DNA of 22,230 nucleotides from a virus (Duplodnaviria; Heunggongvirae; Uroviricota; Caudoviricetes): IMG/VR virus record IMGVR_UViG_2713896776_000007, positions 1 to 22,230 of that record; one strand, 5' to 3'. Shown piece by piece: positions 18,467 to 22,230 of this stretch (position 1 is its first letter; each line of letters starts with the position of its first letter). The notes under the pieces were generated by a model. It saw only the letters and a program-made list of their open reading frames with translations, ran no database searches and was not told where the DNA came from. The position numbers and the translations under genes were made by a program.

Positions 18467-18841
18467 TTAGTGTCTGGCAGCGCTATCTTTCAGGCTGTTT
18501 CTGTATTCACGGCGTTTTTGGGCGATAATGTTGTAAATCCATTGCAGGGAATAGCCGTATTTTTTCGCTATTTCAGCGATGGGAATACCTTCATTAAAGT
18601 CTGCAAAAACCAGATCATATTTCTCTTCATTCTGGTCTTTTGTTCCTTTTGGGAAGTAAAGGTTAAGCCCGCCGTATACATCTGACAGATACGCCATGAT
18701 GTCTACAGCGATAGATTCAGACTGACGTTTATCGACACCGTACATGACAAGGCGGCAGGAAATGTGCGTAGCCATATCACTAAGCACTTCGGCAGATTGA
18801 CGCATTTTTTGTTTGTTGGTCATGACTATCACCCGTTGCAA
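18467..18841 (-). CDS. mor: Mor/C-family transcriptional activator of late genes, 124 aa
   Basis: C-terminal helix-turn-helix GIPIAEIAKKYGYSLQWIYNIIAQKRREYR matches the Mor family pattern. Sits directly upstream of the structural operon. Confidence 0.7.
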   Translation of the reverse strand: MQRVIVMTNKQKMRQSAEVLSDMATHISCRLVMYGVDKRQSESIAVDIMAYLSDVYGGLNLYFPKGTKDQNEEKYDLVFADFNEGIPIAEIAKKYGYSLQWIYNIIAQKRREYRNSLKDSAARH

Positions 18842-19022
18842 TATCAGTAATTCAGTCAGAAAAGGCTTTATAAAGCTTTACAGCGTGCGACTGGCGGTAA
18901 AGGCGAACCTTGACCGCAGCAAACCAGCCTGACGGCTTAGAAAGCGTTACAGCACCTTGTTAAAGTCAGTTAATAATATCGGGTGTGGGCGGGGATGTTT
19001 TTTAATGTACTTTAGATATGAA

Positions 19023-19046
19023 GAAGCCCCTCAGAGGAGGGGCTTC
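19023..19046 (-). terminator. hairpin, possible intrinsic terminator after the early operon
   Basis: GAAGCCCCTC-aga-GAGGGGCTTC perfect 10-bp stem 17-40 nt downstream of the 96-aa gene stop; weak U tract. Confidence 0.4.
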
Positions 19047-19062
19047 GCGGGATTACGCCAGA

Positions 19063-19353
19063 TTATTGAGGCCGTCTGTCTTTCCTCAATCCATCAAGTA
19101 GCGCCATTGCATCAGTAACCAGTATGCCAGCAGCATCCGTAACCATAGAAACATCAGAGGATGCACATGATTTATCCGTACCTAATGTAGACGCAAAATC
19201 AAGTAGCTTACGAACTGCATCAAGTCGGTAGGTGGCAGAGTCGTAAATTAACTCCTGATTAGCATCAGTCTTTAAAAACATAATATCATCAGAGGCACCT
19301 TGTGAAAATGACGGCATCGCACGGAAAGTATTTTGAGTTTCAGCCTGTTTCAT
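19063..19353 (-). CDS. hypothetical protein, 96 aa
   Basis: 4-nt overlap with the upstream 253-aa gene; lower-GC early-region gene. Confidence 0.5.
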   Translation of the reverse strand: MKQAETQNTFRAMPSFSQGASDDIMFLKTDANQELIYDSATYRLDAVRKLLDFASTLGTDKSCASSDVSMVTDAAGILVTDAMALLDGLRKDRRPQ

Positions 19354-20111
19354 TGTGCAGCCCTCCGGCTAATAGCGAATTTATTATAAACTTCATAACT
19401 GGCAGCATTCAGTCCGGGGTTGTATTTATCAGCCAGAGCACAGGCAATCATATGTTCAATAAATTTTGTTATTGCGTTAAGTTCGGTTTCGTCTGAATAA
19501 CGCAATGCCACTTTGAGTAACTCGCGGCAATATTGCTTTTTATTCTCTTCGATTTGGCCTGATTGTTTTATTCCTGCCTTTTTATCTAACTCGTCCTCAA
19601 CAGGCAAAGATGAGATATCCTCTTTATTGGTTAGCGTTCTTTCGCAAATAATATCTTCACCAGATTGAATTACGCGCTGCAACTCTCTGGCGCTCATGCG
19701 AAGAATATCATCAAGCGTGTGGTCGTTATATGCCCCACCACTGGCAAGGAGATCCAGTGTCACTTCATCCAGCCGGGCAAGCAGATTTAACTTCGTTTTG
19801 CCGATATCTGTTTTGGCAATTGCGGCTCGTGGTGTGTCACCGCCGAACACATGAGCGATTCGCATCGCTTTACGTGCATCGGGCAAGTTTATGCGCCATC
19901 TGTGAAGAAAGTTCGTAAACTCACCATGTTGCAGTTCCTCTTTACAGGCAAATATTTTCTTTCCCAAAGAAACCAAGCCTTCGGCCTCCGATGTCGTTTT
20001 AGCGTGAGAACTGTGAATCACGCCACTGACCACCGCAGATAAAACACTTTCTTGGTTTGTTCCAAATGAATCGTTAGACTTATCATTAGCCATGACTGTT
20101 ATCCTACGCAT
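19350..20111 (-). CDS. hypothetical early protein, 253 aa (start possibly at the internal ATG giving MANDKSND...)
   Basis: First gene leftward from the divergent control region; no recognisable catalytic motif. Confidence 0.5.
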   Translation of the reverse strand: MRRITVMANDKSNDSFGTNQESVLSAVVSGVIHSSHAKTTSEAEGLVSLGKKIFACKEELQHGEFTNFLHRWRINLPDARKAMRIAHVFGGDTPRAAIAKTDIGKTKLNLLARLDEVTLDLLASGGAYNDHTLDDILRMSARELQRVIQSGEDIICERTLTNKEDISSLPVEDELDKKAGIKQSGQIEENKKQYCRELLKVALRYSDETELNAITKFIEHMIACALADKYNPGLNAASYEVYNKFAISRRAAQ

Positions 20112-20127
20112 AACGGTTTACTGGTTA

Positions 20128-20231
20128 GGCCATAGCAAGTGCTCGCAACATTTGTTATGGCCGTTTCTCTAGACCTTTCCCTGTGTTAAGGTATAGACCT
20201 AATAAGCAAACACTAAGCTATAGGTCTATAC
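20128..20231. promoter_or_regulatory. divergent control region with two inverted-repeat operator candidates
   Basis: GGCCATAGCAA-N13-TTGTTATGGCC (20128..20162, one mismatch) and GTATAGACCTA-N19-TAGGTCTATAC (20191..20231, perfect), the latter abutting the ATG of the RHH gene. Confidence 0.35.
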
Positions 20232-20423
20232 ATGTCAACTATCTTGCGAGATAAAAGCCCTAAAGGGGCAGGTAAAGCCCCGATGTTCAATGTCAGGATT
20301 TCACCAGAACTGAAAGAACAGTTTGAATCACAAGCAAAAAAAGAAGGTGTTAGCTTAGGGAATTGGCTCAAAGAGCTTGGGAGAGCAGAGCTTAAGCGCA
20401 ACGGAATTGACCCGAAGGCTTAA
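20232..20423 (+). CDS. ribbon-helix-helix (Arc/CopG-type) DNA-binding protein, 63 aa
   Basis: FNVRISPELKEQFESQAKKEGVSLGNWLKELGRAEL fits the beta-strand/helix/helix RHH pattern. No obvious SD; an operator half-site abuts the ATG. Confidence 0.5.
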   Translation: MSTILRDKSPKGAGKAPMFNVRISPELKEQFESQAKKEGVSLGNWLKELGRAELKRNGIDPKA

Positions 20424-20459
20424 ATTTAGTTACTAAAAAACAATAGCTTAAGGTATTTT

Positions 20460-20545
20460 TGATAAATATTTATCACTTGTATTCGACATCATAGTGATAA
20501 ATATTTATCATTCACAGCGCATCGGCACATGATAAAATGTTATCA
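20460..20545. promoter_or_regulatory. array of three 16-bp palindromic operator-like sites at 35-bp phasing
   Basis: TGATAAATATTTATCA at 20460..20475 and 20495..20510 (perfect palindromes, identical) and TGATAAAATGTTATCA at 20530..20545, ending about 15 bp before the GAGG SD of the 114-aa gene. Confidence 0.5.
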
Positions 20546-20560
20546 CTTTGAGGCTAGTTT

Positions 20561-20905
20561 ATGCGTATACATGTTACTCTTAATGGCAAAAAAACAACCA
20601 TATCGATAGATGACTTGCTCTTCGACTATCTTGGTGCATGGTTGGTTGAACAAAGACCCAAACTGCACTCAAAACCTAAAGAGCAGTATGACCAAGCTAA
20701 GTCTCAGATTCGTAAATATGTGCAAGATAACGCAGAAAAACTCCCATCTAAGAACCTTAGCCAGCACATACAAAATGCCATTTTAGAAATAATTATGCCG
20801 AAAGAATTAAATGAAATTCTAGAGAAAAGAGGGCCAAGATATGAGAAGAAAAAGTTTGATGTGACCACAATTTTCCCTGATTGGGAAAATTATCTGAGAA
20901 AGTAA
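20561..20905 (+). CDS. hypothetical protein, 114 aa, Lys-rich
   Basis: Good SD (GAGG 7 nt upstream of ATG); AT-rich; downstream of the operator array. Confidence 0.5.
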   Translation: MRIHVTLNGKKTTISIDDLLFDYLGAWLVEQRPKLHSKPKEQYDQAKSQIRKYVQDNAEKLPSKNLSQHIQNAILEIIMPKELNEILEKRGPRYEKKKFDVTTIFPDWENYLRK

Positions 20906-20925
20906 TTAAATCAATGGATTGTATA

Positions 20926-20976
20926 CCGCTCAGCGCTGAGCGGTTCTGTGGCTCTAGATCTGCCAACGTTGGCAGA
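20926..20976 (+). terminator. two adjacent 18-bp perfect palindromes (hairpins or binding sites) after the 114-aa gene
   Basis: CCGCTCAGCGCTGAGCGG (20926..20943) and TCTGCCAACGTTGGCAGA (20959..20976), the second followed by TTT. Confidence 0.3.
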
Positions 20977-21192
20977 TTTGCCAATACCGCATTTGATTGA
21001 TGGTATCGAATCGCAAATGTCCCAGCGCTGGGAATCATCCCCAAAGGCGCAGACATCTGCGCCTTTGAGAAGCACGGAACTAAAATCCGTTTCACTGTAT
21101 GACTGTATGGTATGAGGCTTTCAGATGCTTACTGAGGCTTAAATAAGCTAATGAAGTTTGCATCATCTGTTCCAAGTTAGTACACTTATCCC

Positions 21193-21226
21193 TGTTAGTG
21201 GATGCGTGACGCGCTCTGGTTGAGGC
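21193..21226. repeat. 34-bp perfect inverted repeat, left copy
   Basis: TGTTAGTGGATGCGTGACGCGCTCTGGTTGAGGC; exact reverse complement at 21444..21477. Confidence 0.9.
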
Positions 21227-21270
21227 TCATTACCTTGAACAGAGATTCATCACCTTAAGCACCCAAAGAA

Positions 21271-21303
21271 AAAAGCCTGACCTCACCAGTCGGGCTTTTT
21301 TTG
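21271..21303. terminator. bidirectional rho-independent terminator
   Basis: AAAAAGCCTGAC-ctcacca-GTCGGGCTTTTTTT: 9-bp stem with one G-U pair, 7-nt loop, A-run upstream and T-run downstream. Confidence 0.6.
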
Positions 21304-21443
21304 TCCGTTATTTACTCCAGTCCTTTGAATACACTGCTGATGCCTTTATAATCACAGCGTTAGTGGGTGTCCCGTTCTGACACAACGCAGGCATGTGAAA
21401 CGTGTTCAAGCCCTGGCTGGATTACGGGTGGTGCCGCTCCAGT

Positions 21444-21477
21444 GCCTCAACCAGAGCGCGTCACGCATCCACTAACA
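21444..21477. repeat. 34-bp perfect inverted repeat, right copy
   Basis: GCCTCAACCAGAGCGCGTCACGCATCCACTAACA, reverse complement of 21193..21226; 217-bp spacer between copies. Confidence 0.9.
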
Positions 21478-21548
21478 ATGCAACACCGTTAACCAGGCAG
21501 TGGAAGGGCTTTAATGGTGATGCCGCGCTCCTGTAGTGGAGCAAACGG

Positions 21549-21611
21549 ATGAAGGGATTTCTTCAAATCGCTGTCATCGCTCTTAAGGCAATTGTCGCCT
21601 TTATTGAGCTG
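21549..21611 (+). CDS. candidate small hydrophobic peptide (20 aa, MKGFLQIAVIALKAIVALLS)
   Basis: GGAG 7 nt upstream of ATG; TGA stop at 21609-21611; terminator hairpin about 40 nt downstream. Very short, so speculative. Confidence 0.2.
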
Positions 21612-21652
21612 ATTCTGGCCTGCTTACCGTAAGCAACCGGGAAACGTAAGTA

Positions 21653-21688
21653 AGGCCACCGGCTCACCCCCGGTGGCCTTTAACATTT
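21653..21688 (+). terminator. rho-independent terminator candidate
   Basis: GGCCACCGG-ctcaccc-CCGGTGGCC, 9-bp GC-rich stem followed by TTTAACATTTT. Confidence 0.45.
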
Positions 21689-21885
21689 TAAGTCTGCCTC
21701 GCCGCTCTACCGGCCATTCATTTTTGAAGCTGGCTGAGTGTTAAGGCTAAATTTAAGGTGGCACTGACGGCTTAAATTCCTGCGATATCCTGGCATGTCG
21801 TTATGATTAAAGCGCATTAGAAACAAATTTCATCGTTCTGATTAAACATGTTTACCTGACTATTCAAAGTAAGGTAAATCTCAAT

Positions 21886-22230
21886 ATGGCACGACCTCAG
21901 ACGGTTAATCAGTTACCCGACTCTATCAAGAAGAAACTGAATAAAAAGCTGACGGAAAGTTCATTCAGCGGCTACGTTCAGCTTACTGAGTGGTTAAACT
22001 CGTTGGGATACCCGGTTTCAAAATCATCAGTGCATCGCTATGCTGAACGTCGCCGCCTGTCACTTATAGCAGGGAGCGATACTCCCGGCGCAACAGCTAA
22101 CATTGTGGATACGAAACTTCGCTGTCTGGAGCTTGCCTCGCTCTCTTTAAAAACGGACGAGAAGTTGTCAGCAGATGAAGTAAAAAAATATGCTGAAAAT
22201 TTGATGGGGTGGCTTTACGACCAGAAATAA
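21886..22230 (+). CDS. hypothetical DNA-binding protein, 114 aa; N-terminus resembles DUF3486 / Mu gp27-type small-terminase-like proteins
   Basis: SD AAGGTAAAT upstream. MARPQTVNQLPDSIKKKL...GYPVSKSSVHRYAERRR resembles the N-terminal HTH of Mu-like gp27 proteins as I recall them, but the protein is shorter and on the opposite strand to the late operon. Confidence 0.4.
   Translation: MARPQTVNQLPDSIKKKLNKKLTESSFSGYVQLTEWLNSLGYPVSKSSVHRYAERRRLSLIAGSDTPGATANIVDTKLRCLELASLSLKTDEKLSADEVKKYAENLMGWLYDQK

Noticed and set aside
20460-20545. Possible Fur boxes or a CRISPR-like repeat array
   Set aside because: The palindromes contain GATAA/TTATC half-sites reminiscent of Fur boxes but do not match the 19-bp consensus well. 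They are palindromic and there are only three copies at 35-bp spacing, unlike CRISPR direct repeats with unique spacers; no cas genes.
20793-21095. 100-aa minus-strand ORF
   Set aside because: Overlaps the 3-prime end of the better-supported plus-strand 114-aa gene and runs through the two 18-bp palindromes; no RBS; likely spurious.
21390-21420. tRNA-like T-loop sequence (GTTCAAGCC)
   Set aside because: Flanking bases cannot form the T-stem or an acceptor stem; no cloverleaf can be drawn.

Overview
The window is the tail and tail-fibre end of a prophage with a Mu-type contractile tail in an e14/SfV-like arrangement, read almost entirely on the minus strand (roughly 2.3-18.8 kb). It holds a Mor/C-family late activator, two tape-measure paralogs, sheath, tube, baseplate genes, and an invertible tail-fibre segment whose Pin/Gin-type invertase is 3-prime truncated. 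The truncation coincides with an AT-rich cargo block at the left edge (1..~1968) that I interpret as an RnlA/RnlB-like HEPN RNase toxin-antitoxin operon, a known anti-phage family, sitting in the slot where E. coli e14 carries mcrA. The right side (18.8-22.2 kb) is a lower-GC regulatory region with a ribbon-helix-helix protein, three phased 16-bp palindromic operators, a perfect 34-bp inverted-repeat pair and several uncharacterised small genes. I did not find a clearly undescribed system; the best candidates for follow-up are the cargo block, the duplicated tape measure, and the operator/inverted-repeat region. No rRNA, tRNA or CRISPR array was seen. All family assignments are from reading the translations by eye; no searches were run.
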